Source of the DNA: Hypanus sabinus
Taxonomy: Eukaryota
Direction: 5' to 3'
Length of the DNA: 64,000 bases
Assembly: GCF_030144855.1 (NCBI RefSeq)
Contig: NC_082706.1
Coordinates: 115,382,001 to 115,446,000 of the forward strand
The translations under genes were made by a program, and so were the position numbers. How positions within the stretch are numbered: position 1 is the stretch's first letter; every line of letters starts with the position of its first letter. Shown here in pieces: positions 23,061 to 34,834 of the stretch. A model generated the notes under the pieces. The model saw only the letters and a list, made by a program, of their open reading frames with translations. It searched no databases and had not been told where the DNA came from.

Positions 23061-24093
23061 ATTTTTATGAAATTGGGGCCAAAGGCCAAAACGACAAAGA
23101 AGACATTCTGGCTAAATCAGAGCAAAAGATGAAAAGACTGACAATCACAAGGAGAACATTGAAGTAAAAAAAATCCATTCAAATTAAAAGAAGCAAAAGA
23201 TTGGCCTATGAGTTGTTGATAGAAGGCCAATTATTATTGTTCTTTGTAAGGTGAATTCCCAGTCCTGTCAGCACTACCAGTGGAGGCCTGGTCATAGCCA
23301 CAGCATTCGAGTGCGCATTTAAGAAAGTCACCTTGAAGATGCAATGAACGACTTTTAGCAGCTGGTTACAACACAGCATAAGCAAAGCACAACACAAGAT
23401 AAATAAGCTCTGTCAAACTTAAATACAAGACAATTCATAACTCTGTGGGTAGGCTAAGAGTGCGAGAGGAATGCTCCAAAGCAGGATCTCTTGTCTTTAA
23501 AATCTTATGTGACACAAATTTGTCAATGACTTGTTTTAAAAAATGTCACACCAAATACCAGCTGGTTTAAATTTGAAACTTTTACTTAACAAGGTGTCCC
23601 TGCATGAAACAGACTGACAATGACATGTTAACCAGAAAATATGGTGCAGAGACTGACAGCAATAACTGAAGGTAACAGAATATGCTCTTCTTGAAATAGT
23701 TGGTGGGGAAAAAAACTCAAAACCTCAGTAAATATTCTGGTTGCAAGATATCTTGAAAGTTTTGTTTTGGTGATGCAGTAAACAGAATACATCAAATTCA
23801 TGAAAAGATATTCCATTTGCAAGCAATCCTATTTTAGAACATAGAATAACAGGCACTGTACAGGCTCTTCAGCCCACCATGTTGTGCTGACCATTTAGCC
23901 TACTGAAAGATTAACCTAACAAGAAGAAGCAGATTTCATCAATTGAAAGATAAAGGATTGCAGTATTCGATGCAAGACATTAACCAAGTAAGAACAATTA
24001 AGTGATGTTTTGCCTGTTTTGTGAAAAAAATGTGTTTTGAAATCAGGGACACCACTGGAATAATAAGGCCACTGCCCTGCCCAGGACCAGGTA

Positions 24094-26212
24094 GAACTGC
24101 AGAGAGACGTGGAACTGAACAGAGACGTGGAACTGAACAGAGACGTGGAACTGCAGAGAGACGTGGAACTGCAGAGAGACGTGGAACTGCAGAGAGACGT
24201 GGAACTGCAGAGAGACGTGGAACTGCAGAGAGATGTGGAACTGCAGAGAGATGTGAAACTGCAGGGAGACATGGAACTGCAGAGAGACCTGGAACTGCAG
24301 AGAGACGTGGAACTGCGGAGAGACGTGGAACTGCAGAGAGATGTGGAACTGCAGGGAGACGTGGAACTGCAGAGAGATGTGGAACTGCAGAGAGACATGG
24401 AACTGCAGGGAGACGTGGAACTGCAGAGAGATGTGGAACTGCAGAGAGACATGGAACTGCAGGGAGACGTGGAACTGAACAGAGACGTGGAACTGCAGGG
24501 AGACGTGGAACTGCAGAGAGACATGGAACTGCAGGGAGACGTGGAACTGCAGGGAGACGTGGAACTGCAGGGAGACGTGGAACTGAACAGAGACGTGGAA
24601 CTGCAGAGAGACGTGGAACTGAACAGAGACGTGGAACTGCAGAGAGACATGGAACTGCAGGGAGACGTGGAACTGCAGGGAGACGTGGAACTGAACAGAG
24701 ACGTGGAACTGCAGAGAGACGTGGAACTGAACAGAGACGTGGAACTGCAGGGAGACGTGGAACTGCAGAGAGACATGGAACTGCAGGGAGACGTGGAACT
24801 GCAGGGAGACGTGGAACTGCAGGGAGACGTGGAACTGAACAGAGATGTGGAACTGCAGGGAGACGTGGAACTGCAGGGTGACGTGGAACTGCAGAGAGAT
24901 GTGGAACTGCAGAGAGACGTGGAACTGAACAGAGACGTGGAACTGCAGGGAGACGTGGAACTGAACAGAGACGTGGAATTGCAGGGAGACGTGGAACTGC
25001 AGGGTGACGTGGAACTGCAGAGAGACGTGGAACTGAACAGAGATGTGGAACTGCAGGGAGACGTGGAACTGCAGGGAGACATGGAACTGAACAGAGATGT
25101 GGAACTGCAGGGAGACGTGGAACTGCAGGGTGACGTGGAACTGCAGAGAGACGTGGAACTGAACAGAGATGTGGAACTGCAGGGAGACGTGGAACTGCAG
25201 GGTGACGTGGAACTGCAGAGAGACATGGAACTGTAGGGAGACGTGGAACTGCAGGGTGACGTGGAACTGCAGAGAGACGTGGAACTGAACAGAGATGTGG
25301 AACTGCAGGGAGACGTGGAACTGCAGGGTGACGTGGAACTGCAGAGAGACATGGAACTGTAGGGAGACGTGGAACTGCAGAGAGATGTGGAACTGCAGAG
25401 ACATGGAACTGCAGGGAGACGTGGAACTGCAGGGAGACGTGGAACTGAACAGAGACGTGGAACTGCAGGGAGACGTGGAACTGCAGAGAGACGTGGAACT
25501 GAACAGAGACGTGGAATTGCAGGGAGACGTGGAACTGCAGGGTGACGTGGAACTGCAGAGAGACGTGGAACTGAACAGAGACGTGGAATTGCAGGGAGAC
25601 GTGGAACTGCAGGGTGACGTGGAACTGCAGAGAGATGTGGAACTGCAGAGACATGGAACTGCAGGGAGACGTGGAACTGCAGGGAGACGTGGAACTGAAC
25701 AGAGACGTGGAACTGCAGGGAGACGTGGAACTGCAGAGAGACGTGGAACTGAACAGAGACGTGGAATTGCAGGGAGACGTGGAACTGCAGGGAGACGTGG
25801 AACTGCAGAGAGACGTGGAACTGAACAGAGACGTGGAATTGCAGGGAGACGTGGAACTGCAGGGTGACGTGGAACTGCAGAGAGATGGAACTGCAGGGAG
25901 ACGTGGAACTGAACAGCGACGTGGAACTGCAGGGAGACGTGGAACTGCAGAGAGATGTGGAACTGCAGAGAGACATGGAACTGAACAGAGATGTGGAACT
26001 GCAGGGAGACGTGGAACTGCAGAGAGACGTGGAACTGCAGGGAGACGTGGAACTGCAGGGTGACGTGGAACTGCAGAGAGACGTGGAACTGCAGGGAGAC
26101 GTGGAACTGCAGGGTGACGTGGAACTGCAGAGAGACGTGGAACTGAACAGAGACGTGGAACTGCAGGGAGACATGGAACTGAACAGAGACGTGGAACTGC
26201 ACAGAGACGTGG
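24094..26212. repeat. 18-bp minisatellite, about 117 copies, inside a Rex1-like LINE remnant
   Basis: Unit GGAACTGCAGAGAGACGT with variants CAGGGAGAC, AACAGAGAC, CAGGGTGAC; three 16-bp units shift phase near 25398, 25648 and 25884. Confidence 0.98.
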
Positions 26213-26379
26213 GTACAGCTCAGCACTTCACAAAGTACAGCCTCCCCTCCGCAGACTCTGTCTACACTTCTAGGTGTCTCAGTAAAGCAGCCAAAATAAT
26301 GAAAGCTAATCATAGGCAGCTTCAGTGATCTCTGGCAAACTTTGTTCACCCTTGGGATTTGTGTAAACAGTCCTCAGGA

Positions 26380-28215
26380 CAGGTGCCAAGAAACATCAAA
26401 GCTAGCAAGTTGGCAGGGAATTAGTGTTGAAGAGGATAATCTGGGTGTTCCCAAATCAGAAAGCATGGATACATGAGAAGGAAGGTCTCTCCTTATTGAA
26501 GTGGTGTTCAAATGAGGTGACTCTGACCTGTACAAAAACAAATCAAGATATGACTTCCATAAAACCATCAGAGATGTCCAGAGAGAATGCAAGTTCAAAA
26601 TCGAGACCCTGACCAGACAACAGTTGTGGCAGGGCTTACAGACTACAGAACAAAACTTGGGTAGCATCGCCAACAACAGCTCAACCCTTTCCACAGGTTT
26701 TAACATATTCTATACATGTTTTGAACAGAAGGAGATTGGAATTTCACCATGCACCCCAACAGCCCCCATTGCACCTTTGCAGATGTAAGATTATTTTTCT
26801 GGAGAGTGAAGCAGTTGAAAGTATCTGGCCCAGGTAGTGTCGCAGGTCATGCTCTTAGATCCTGTGCAGGTCAACTGGCGGGGATATTTGCAGATATTTT
26901 TAATTTCTCTCTACTTCAATTGAAGGTCCCATCGAAGACCACTATCACTCCAGTATCTAAGAAAACAAGGTAAGGTGCCAATAACTGCTGCCTGGTAGCT
27001 CTGAAATCCACCACCATGAAGTGCTTCAAGAAGCTGATCAAAGCATGCATTAACTCCATTCTCCCAGACAATCTCGACCTTCTGCCATTCTGAAACAGCT
27101 CTATGCTGGACACCATCTCCCTAGCCCTATGACTCTCACTGGAGTATCTGGACTATAAAGACACCTATTTCAGGCTATTGTTTATTGATGACTTCTCTGC
27201 CTTCAGTACTATAATTCTAAGCAAACTGTTCTCCAAACTCCTGGGCCTGAGCTCAACACGTCACTTCGTAACCGATCTGACTAACAGATCGCAATCAGTA
27301 AGGGCAGGCAGCAATACCTCTGCCGTTATTCTCGATACTGGTGTCCCCCAGCCCCGACTTCACTCCTTGTACACTCATAACAATGTGGCCAGATTCTGCA
27401 CTGATTCCATCTACAAGTTTGCCCTCGTGGCCTGAATCTCAAGTAGCAATGAGCCAGAGCAACATGCTGTCATAAAAACAACCTTTCCCTCAATGTCAGC
27501 AAAATAAAAGAGTTGCTTGTTGAAATCGGGTTGCCATGGTAGAGTGGTTGTTAGCATGACACTATTACAGCATGGGACGTCCCAGAATTCAGAGTTCAGT
27601 TCCAGTGTTGTCTGTAATGGAGTTAGTACTTTCTCTCCGTGACAGTGTGGCTTTCCTCTGGGTGCTCCAGTTTCCTCCCACAGTCCAAAGACATACCAGT
27701 TAGTAAATTCACTGGTCATTATAAATTGTCCCGTGATTCGGCTACTGTTCAATAGGTGGGTTGCTAGGCGTGTGCTTGTTAGGCTGGATGGGCCTGTTAC
27801 TGGCCATACCTCTAAGTAAAATAAAATAAACAAACAAATAAATAAGGAAATGGGGGAGGGGCGCATTCACATGCTCCTATTTACAGCAATGGTGCTGAGG
27901 TCGAAAGGACTGATAAGAGATTGCACTACCTAGATAGGAACATCAGCAAGAGCCTGTCCTGGTCCAAACAAGTAGACACCACAGCATCCCTGCATCCTCA
28001 GTAGGCTAAAGAAATATGGCACATCCCTGTGGACCCTTATCAATTTTTATTGATGCATCCGGATTCATCACAGTTTGTTATGGTAACCACTCTGCCCATG
28101 ATTGCAGGAAACTGCAGAGAGTTGTGGACACAGCTCAGCACATCACATCACATCATGCAGTCTCATCTCTAGGTCTACGCTTCTTGCTGCCTCAGTAAAG
28201 CATCAACGTCACCAA
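26380..28215 (+). mobile_element. Rex1/Babar-like LINE, decayed ORF
   Basis: QLAGIFADIFNFSL, VALKSTTMKCF, LFIDDFSAFSTI, LHSLYTHN..IYKFA, RKLQRVVDTAQHIT. Confidence 0.85.
27528..27845 (+). mobile_element. V-SINE inserted in the LINE
   Basis: tRNA-like head, core TTTCCTCTGGGTGCTCCAGTTTCCTCCCACAGTCCAAAGAC, A-rich (AAAT)n tail. Confidence 0.8.
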
Positions 28216-28385
28216 AGTGTAAGGACAATTGACCTACTGTGCCAGCAAGCATCGCTGCTGATGTTGCAGGAGTGACCTCTCTCTCCCATGCTGGAGACAG
28301 AGAGAGAGAGAGCCTCTCTGAGACACCAAAGTACTGGGTTATGGACTGTGGATCAAGGTTTCTTTGGGGGCTTTTGCTGTGCTTG

Positions 28386-28961
28386 TGTAACACGCTGTAA
28401 GGCTTCACTGCTAATGTAGTGGCCTTTTTGTAATGTTTCACTGCTAAGGCAATGGTTTCTCTGTGGCAGCAATGCTTGGGTTATGACTAGAGATAATGAG
28501 GCTTTGGAATGTGTACTATCCAAAGAGAAGCATATTGTTCTTTCTTGTGGGTCTGGGAGCAGGAGTTTTGTGGTCTTTTGTCAGTGAGAGATGAAGAGAG
28601 GAGACACATATGGAAAGAGTTGGTAGACCGCCAGATGGAGTGGACTTGGAGCGAGGGTCCGGCGGTCAGCAATGCTCGGATGATGTGGATGGGGAACGAA
28701 TGGGTGAATCCATGAGCTCCAATGTACACACTAGACTGTTTCATTAAAATGGGTCCTTTGTTTACTAACCCTATAGTCAGATTAAGATTTATAAATTTCA
28801 GTAATTAAATTGCACATGGTGTACTGTCTGATATTTTGCTGTTTGGATTTGTAACTGGGCAACACATCTTGCAGCATCCACACAAACGAGATTTCTCAGT
28901 TTGGCTGGACCAGAAGCTGTCTTCCCCTAGATACACGCATGCTGGCCGAACCTGAGGGTTA
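28386..28961. mobile_element. probable solo LTR inserted in a LINE-type 3' UTR
   Basis: Begins TGTAAC, ends GGGTTA (expected GTTACA, end obscured by a GT run); the flanks resume as one repeat ending about 29165; no clear TSD. Confidence 0.45.
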
Positions 28962-29989
28962 GTGTGTGTGTGTGTGTGTGCGCGCGCTGGGGGAAGGGAG
29001 AGGAAGGGGGTTCGGTGCTTCTGCGGAGGGTGGGGGGAGGGAAATTCGGGGCTTTAATACTCTATCATTCATTCTATGGGGTCTCTTGTTTTGTGGATGT
29101 CTGTGAGGAGTATGAATTTCAGGTTATATACTGTATATATTCTCTGATATTAAATGAACCGAAATGAGGCGATGAGCACATGGGCACTAATTGTGAGGAA
29201 ATGCTTCAGTGTTTTATGTCAATGTCATGTTGTCAGAATAAAACCTAATGAAGGTTAGTGACTTGTTTTCTTTACACGGATCCTGCCTGACCTGTTGCTT
29301 TTTTGTTTTCATTTACAATTTCCCACGTCGGCAGTATTTTGATTCCTGGACACAGGTGACTAGACCAGGAAAGTGGGTGGCTCACTTGTGATGGATTGGC
29401 ACCATGGAGTTGGTGAGTAGTGGAGGTGGTTGGAGGGAGTGGGTTGATATGTTTGCATGGAAAGGACATCAGTGAGATCTAGAAGATGGATTCAACATCA
29501 GGATTGCAGAACAGTGGGAGAGGAGGACAGGACATTGTGGAAGTGGCAAAAAATGTCAGTGAAGTAGAAGATTGCATGGAGGGTGGGGGTATAACAGAAT
29601 GTTCAAAAGGCATCAAATTGCAGAGCTTTGAAGTTCTGATCACTAAGTAGGTTAACAACTTTGCTATCTTTAACCCAACTGTCCCACAAGTAGCACTGGA
29701 AAAATTCACTACAGCCACTCCAATTCTTCAGCTACCTATTCCCTGAAAATCAAAGGTAGAATAGGGACAAAATTTGAGGGACACAACTTTACTGAAATAT
29801 TTGAATTGGTGACTAGCCCCTTGCCATCAGTTAGTTTGCCTATTTCTCATTCCATCTTGTTTTAAAACGGGTTTTACTTCCTACTGAGCAAAATATTGCT
29901 CATATTTGGGAATTTAAGTGCCCCATTGCCTCAAGGTGAGAGCACTTCAGCTGAATACCCACTAGAGGGAGGCCACGCACCATAAGGTA

Positions 29990-30095
29990 CTCAAAGTAAA
30001 ATCAGCAGAAGATGAAAGTCGTGGCAAGACAGGCACCATCTGTGAGAGGAAATGTTACGGTGAGTGTTTCACTTTGAGACCTTTCATCAGAATAA
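29990..30095 (-). mobile_element. PLE pseudo-LTR remnant with degenerate hammerhead
   Basis: Minus strand CTGATGAAAGGTCTCAAAGTGAAACAC. Confidence 0.55.
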
Positions 30096-30822
30096 GAAAC
30101 GTGTATGTCTGTGACATAATATGCTTATGTAACAACAATGACATTTAAAAATAAAGTTTAAGGATTTTCCACTTAATCCCCAAAGAAACATTCTGAAAAG
30201 ATTACCTGTACTCTGATGATCAAATCACCATTTATTAGGAAACTGTGGTCTGATCCTTATTGCATGCCTGTGGTCCCTTGTTAGCAGCAGAGTGTAAGCA
30301 TTAATGTGTCAATATAAACCTGCTCTGATTTTAACATTTCTGGAAAGTAACTTATCATTTTATCAAACAATGTTAAATGGTATTTTCCCCTCATGTATGT
30401 GATGCTGCTGTTAAGTTCAGCTGGTCTGGGGGTGGGGGTGTGTTTACAGGTGGAAGCTGATTATCTCCTCTTTCCTTTGCTCATGATGGTTACTAGCTGC
30501 TTTCGGGCAGTTGGCTGAGATACCAGGAGGAGGTTCTGTGTTCTCTAAGGCAGTGACATCTCAGTTTATCTGATAGTTCATTGTTCTGGGCCAGAATATT
30601 GAGAACAATAGCATCTAAGCTCTAACATCTAGTGTCTTTGATGAAGAGAAATACCAGAGGGATCAAATTCCTGAAGGAATACTGACACAAACAAAAATTG
30701 TAGTTGATTCGCATAAGGAGATTTAAAGTGAAACAACCAAAAGCCTGGTTAGGCTTTAAAGAAAACTCACAAAATGCTGGTGGAACACAACAGGCCAGGC
30801 AGCATTTATAAGGAGAAGCACT

Positions 30823-30856
30823 GTCGACGTTTCGGGCCGAGACCCTTCGTCAGGAC
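30823..30856 (-). ncRNA. minimal hammerhead ribozyme motif in a PLE-derived repeat (30765-30868)
   Basis: GTC-CTGACGA-AGGG-TCTCGG-CCC-GAAA-CGTC-GAC: intact CUGANGA/GAAA/GUC core, GGG/CCC stem II, GTC/GAC stem I. Confidence 0.8.
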
Positions 30857-31389
30857 TAACTGAAAAGTTACTATCTTCGGCAAAGCAACTGAGACTCCAC
30901 TCTATTCTTGCGCCAAGCCAGGTCTTTGCAGCATCTCCCTTCCCTTTACATGTCCTTCAGTCTTTCTTCCCAACTCTCTCTCACCCACTTCCTTTTTATC
31001 TCTCCATCCTCCCCTTTCTTATCCTTTCTCCCTCCTCACTTCCCCTTCCCATTCTCTTTCAGGGGTGTGTGTGTAGAATTCCATCTAAAACAGGTTGCTG
31101 AGTTCCCTTTGAGTTCCTGTTACCGTCGCACACTGATCACAATCAATAAATGTTAGTCACATTAACCTTTACCTGAAATGCCTCTCACGGGTGTTGCCTG
31201 ACTTGCTGGGTACATTGGATCTTTTCTGTTAATAAAGCAAACCTCGAGTATCTGCATAAATTCATCTTTAAAAAATAAATGAAGTGTATTTCTGCAGACC
31301 ATCTTTCAAGAGTGTTTCAGAATCAGTGAAGTACTTTAAAGTGTAAGCATGCTTTTTTCATACAACAATTTCCTAAGGACCATTAATCT

Positions 31390-31830
31390 AATAGAATCAG
31401 AGTTATACAATGTGGAATCAGGGTATTCCGGATTATCTACGTGAGCTGATCTCATTTCCCCATGTCTGACTGATATCTCTTCAAACCGTTCCCATCCATG
31501 TCCTCATCTAAATGTCTTTTAACTGTTAATTGTACTTGTCTCTACCACTTCTTCTGCAGTTTGTTCCATATTCCCAACACACTCAGCATGAAAATGTTGC
31601 CTCTCAGATGCCTTTTAAATTTTTCTTAGCTCACCTTAAATTTATGTCCTCTAATTTTAGACTCCTCTATCCAGGGAAAAAAACGTGACCATTTATTTAT
31701 GCTCTTCATGATTTTATGAAACTTAATAAAGCCAGTAAAATGAAGCCCCAGCCTGTCCCATATCTCCATACTGTTCAAGCCCGCCAGTCTCTGCAAAATG
31801 CTTGTGAATCTTCTTTGCGCGCTTCCGCTC
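31390..31830 (-). mobile_element. decayed CR1 3' end
   Basis: ESKIRGHKFKV motif in ORF 31626-31850 plus CR1-like tail. Confidence 0.7.
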
Positions 31831-32519
31831 CCCCCTGTCAAAGCAGCCACCTGTTTTTATTTTGCTTCCTCTTGAGTGACTGAGTTGACAATGTAAGACA
31901 CAACTTCACAAACTTTGATTAAATAACTTTATTAACTCCTAACTAAAAGAACAAATAAATTAGTAGCTCAGGTAATTTTGTTTAACTTCTACTTACCTTC
32001 TAACTACAGCTACAAATCTAGTCTATTTGAACTGAAAGAACAAATCTCAGACTTCTTTCTTTGATCCATCACTAATAAATCATGCTCAAATTTGTATGCA
32101 ATTAACAGTAATACTTCTCAGCAATAAATAATTAGCACTGTTGTTTGTATATCCTTAACCACTCAGTGGTTAGCTGCTGGGGCATCCCAGCACTTCAACG
32201 AGACATGAAGAGGCATTAAGGTCACCAGGGACTGGTCACAATCCAGCTCATGGAGAAGATTCCAAAATCCCTTGAAATAAACTTATTATTATAGTGTTCA
32301 GGTCCCTTTTATCCCACCTACAAATAAATAATAATTCTCTATAACGCAAGGTCCCTGATAAACAATTTACTGAAAATCACCTCAGACAGATCTACCTGCA
32401 TAACCCAAACCTAACACTAAACTTAGGTCAGCCATTTTGTCAGCATATTCAACCATTTTACCGCTTTGCAACTGGGAAATCGTTAATTCTGGCCAGGCAG
32501 CATCTATAGGAGAAGTACT

Positions 32520-32550
32520 GTCGACGTTTCGGGCCGAAACCCTTCGTCAG
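32520..32550 (-). ncRNA. minimal hammerhead motif in a truncated PLE repeat (32490-32550)
   Basis: CTGACGAAGGGTTTCGGCCCGAAACGTCGAC; 5' arm of stem I missing. Confidence 0.7.
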
Positions 32551-32744
32551 CACTCGGTAAAGACAAACATGAACAGAAAACTTCTTGCTCATAAAGTTCA
32601 TTGAGAGTTAATGAATTGAGAGGTAAATATTAGTTAGTACACTGAAGTCAACCTCCCTACTCTTCAGGAGGTACCAAAAGATATTTTACATGAAGAAGGG
32701 CAGAAAGATCTCTGGTTTAATATTTGATGTGAAATCTGGAACCT

Positions 32745-33070
32745 CTGGTAGAGATGTATAGGACCAGGCCTTTCAGCCTGTGATGCTGTGTCAAACCACT
32801 TAAACTAAAATGATGCTTAAGTACGTTACTCTCTTCGGTCTGTACATGGACCATATCCCTCCATTCTCTTCATGTGTCTATGTAACAGCCTCTTAAACCC
32901 CTAAATCTCCTTCCACCACCAACCCTGGCAGGACATTTCAGGCTCAGTGTAAAAAACTTTCCCTTCACATCGGCTCTAAACTTTTCCCCACAACTTAAAA
33001 TTGCATGCCCTCTAGTATGCGACATTACGATTCTGGGAAAATTATACTGGCTGTACACTCCATCCATACA
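32745..33070 (-). mobile_element. decayed CR1 3' end
   Basis: SHTRGHA..GEKFRADVKGKFFT in ORF 32870-33067. Confidence 0.7.
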
Positions 33071-33749
33071 GTATGTAACAATTGTTTACTGTTTATAGAA
33101 TAAATATAGAGCAGTTTTATGTTTAACAAAAAGCCAATTTTCAGGTACCTGTCGGGTGGCTGGTATATTAATTATGCAGCAGCTCCCTTTCTTGTCAATC
33201 TACACCATAAATCCTCCAGGGTTTTTTGAAAGAGATGAGGTATGTTATGTCTAAGAGATTTCTTTCTTAAGAAGAAATTGGAAAACAATAAGAGCTTCCT
33301 CTTTCTGAAAAACGAGAAAATAAAGCCAGAGAGACCTCTGCCTTTTACTGACAGAACACACTGCAGATTTTAGCTTTTTCTCTGATGGGACCCAGTGAAA
33401 TCTGAGAGGAACGGCATCTCACTGAAAATGATCCAGGTTCCGAGGCTCGGCTTCCTGATGAAGTATGGGTTCACAGCTGGTGGCATTTTATACTGGATGA
33501 GATGTTAAACCAAGGTCTATTCGCTCTCTCAGGTGGGCGTGCAAGTTCTCATTAGGAAGCACAGCAGGGATCTTATCTCCAGTGCCTTCAAAATTATTTT
33601 CCACGTCAAAGCCAGCATTTATTTTCCTTGAACCAAATGTTATTCTAAGCCATACAGGACAGTGCTTGAGCGTCAGCCACTACATCCCCCGATGGGCTTG
33701 ACTGAGTCAGAACAGCTGATGTTCTGCTGGGAGTGGATCAGATGGGTTT

Positions 33750-34648
33750 TACAGCACTCTACTGGTTTTATATTCACTGGGGTGGCACTCTACAACACAC
33801 ACAAAATGCTGGTGGAACACAGCAGGCCAGGCAGCATCTATAGGGAGAAGTTCCCCCCTTATCAGCAGGATTTATAGTGAGGTTGGGATTGTTACAGCAC
33901 TCTGCTGGTTTTATATTCACTGGGGTGGCACTCTACAACACACACAAAATGCTGGTGGAACACAGCAGGCCAGGCAGCATCTATAGGGAGAAGCTCCCCC
34001 CTTATCAGCAGGATTTATAGTGAGGTTGGGATTGTTACAGCACTCTGCTGGTTTTATATTCACTGGGGTGGCACTCTACAACACACACAAAATGCTGGTG
34101 GAACACAGCAGGCCAGGCAGCATCTATAGGGAGAAGCTCCCCCCTTATCAGCAGGATTTATAGTGAGGTTGGGATTGTTACAGCACTCTGCTGGTTTTAT
34201 ATTCACTGGGGTGGCACTCTACAACACACACAAAATGCTGGTGGAACACAGCAGGCCAGGCAGCATCTATAGGGAGAAGCTCCCCCCTTATCAGCAGGAT
34301 TTATAGTGAGGTTGGGATTGTTACAGCACTCTGCTGGTTTTATATTCACTGGGGTGGCACTCTACAACACACACAAAATGCTGGTGGAACACAGCAGGCC
34401 AGGCAGCATCTATAGGGAGAAGCTCCCCCCTTATCAGCAGGATTTATAGTGAGGTTGGGATTGTTACAGCACTCTGCTGGTTTTATATTCACTGGGGTGG
34501 CACTCTACAACACACACAAAATGCTGGTGGAACACAGCAGGCCAGGCAGCATCTATAGGGAGAAGTTCCCCCCTTATCAGCAGGATTTATAGTGAGGTTG
34601 GGATTGTTACAGCACTCTGCTGGTTTTATATTCACTGGGGTGGCACAG
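33750..34648. repeat. 143-bp tandem repeat, 6 near-identical copies, PLE-junction derived
   Basis: TACAACAC recurs at 33791, 33934, 34077, 34220, 34363, 34506; unit = flank + pseudo-LTR piece + RT piece (NPNLTINPADKGG on minus strand). Confidence 0.97.
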
Positions 34649-34666
34649 TGATGCAGATTGTAGAGC

Positions 34667-34834
34667 ATTCTACTACACACACAAAATGCTGGTGGAACAC
34701 AGCAGGCCAGGCAGCATCTATAGGGAGAAGCGCTGTCGACGTTTCGGGCCGAGACCCTTCATCAGGTCAGTACGCCAGACAACAACAGCTCCCTCCTTAC
34801 CAGCAGGTTTTATAGTGAGGTTGGGATTGTAACA
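34667..34834 (-). mobile_element. short PLE insertion with hammerhead core (34738-34765) and RT fragment
   Basis: CTGATGAAGGGTCTCGGCCCGAAACGTC; NPNLTIKPAGKEGAVVVWRTDL matches PLE RT motif IKPADKGGAVVV; about 55-bp direct repeat on both sides. Confidence 0.85.

Noticed and set aside
23916-26349. Very long ORFs (752, 768, 571, 375 aa)
   Set aside because: By-products of a largely stop-free 18-bp repeat; open in many frames on both strands, with no gene context
31890-32450. Possible solo LTR starting TGTAAG
   Set aside because: No matching terminus or TSD found
33146-33239. Possible small exon (CAG...GAG/GTATGT)
   Set aside because: Weak acceptor; the one open frame gives an unrecognised peptide
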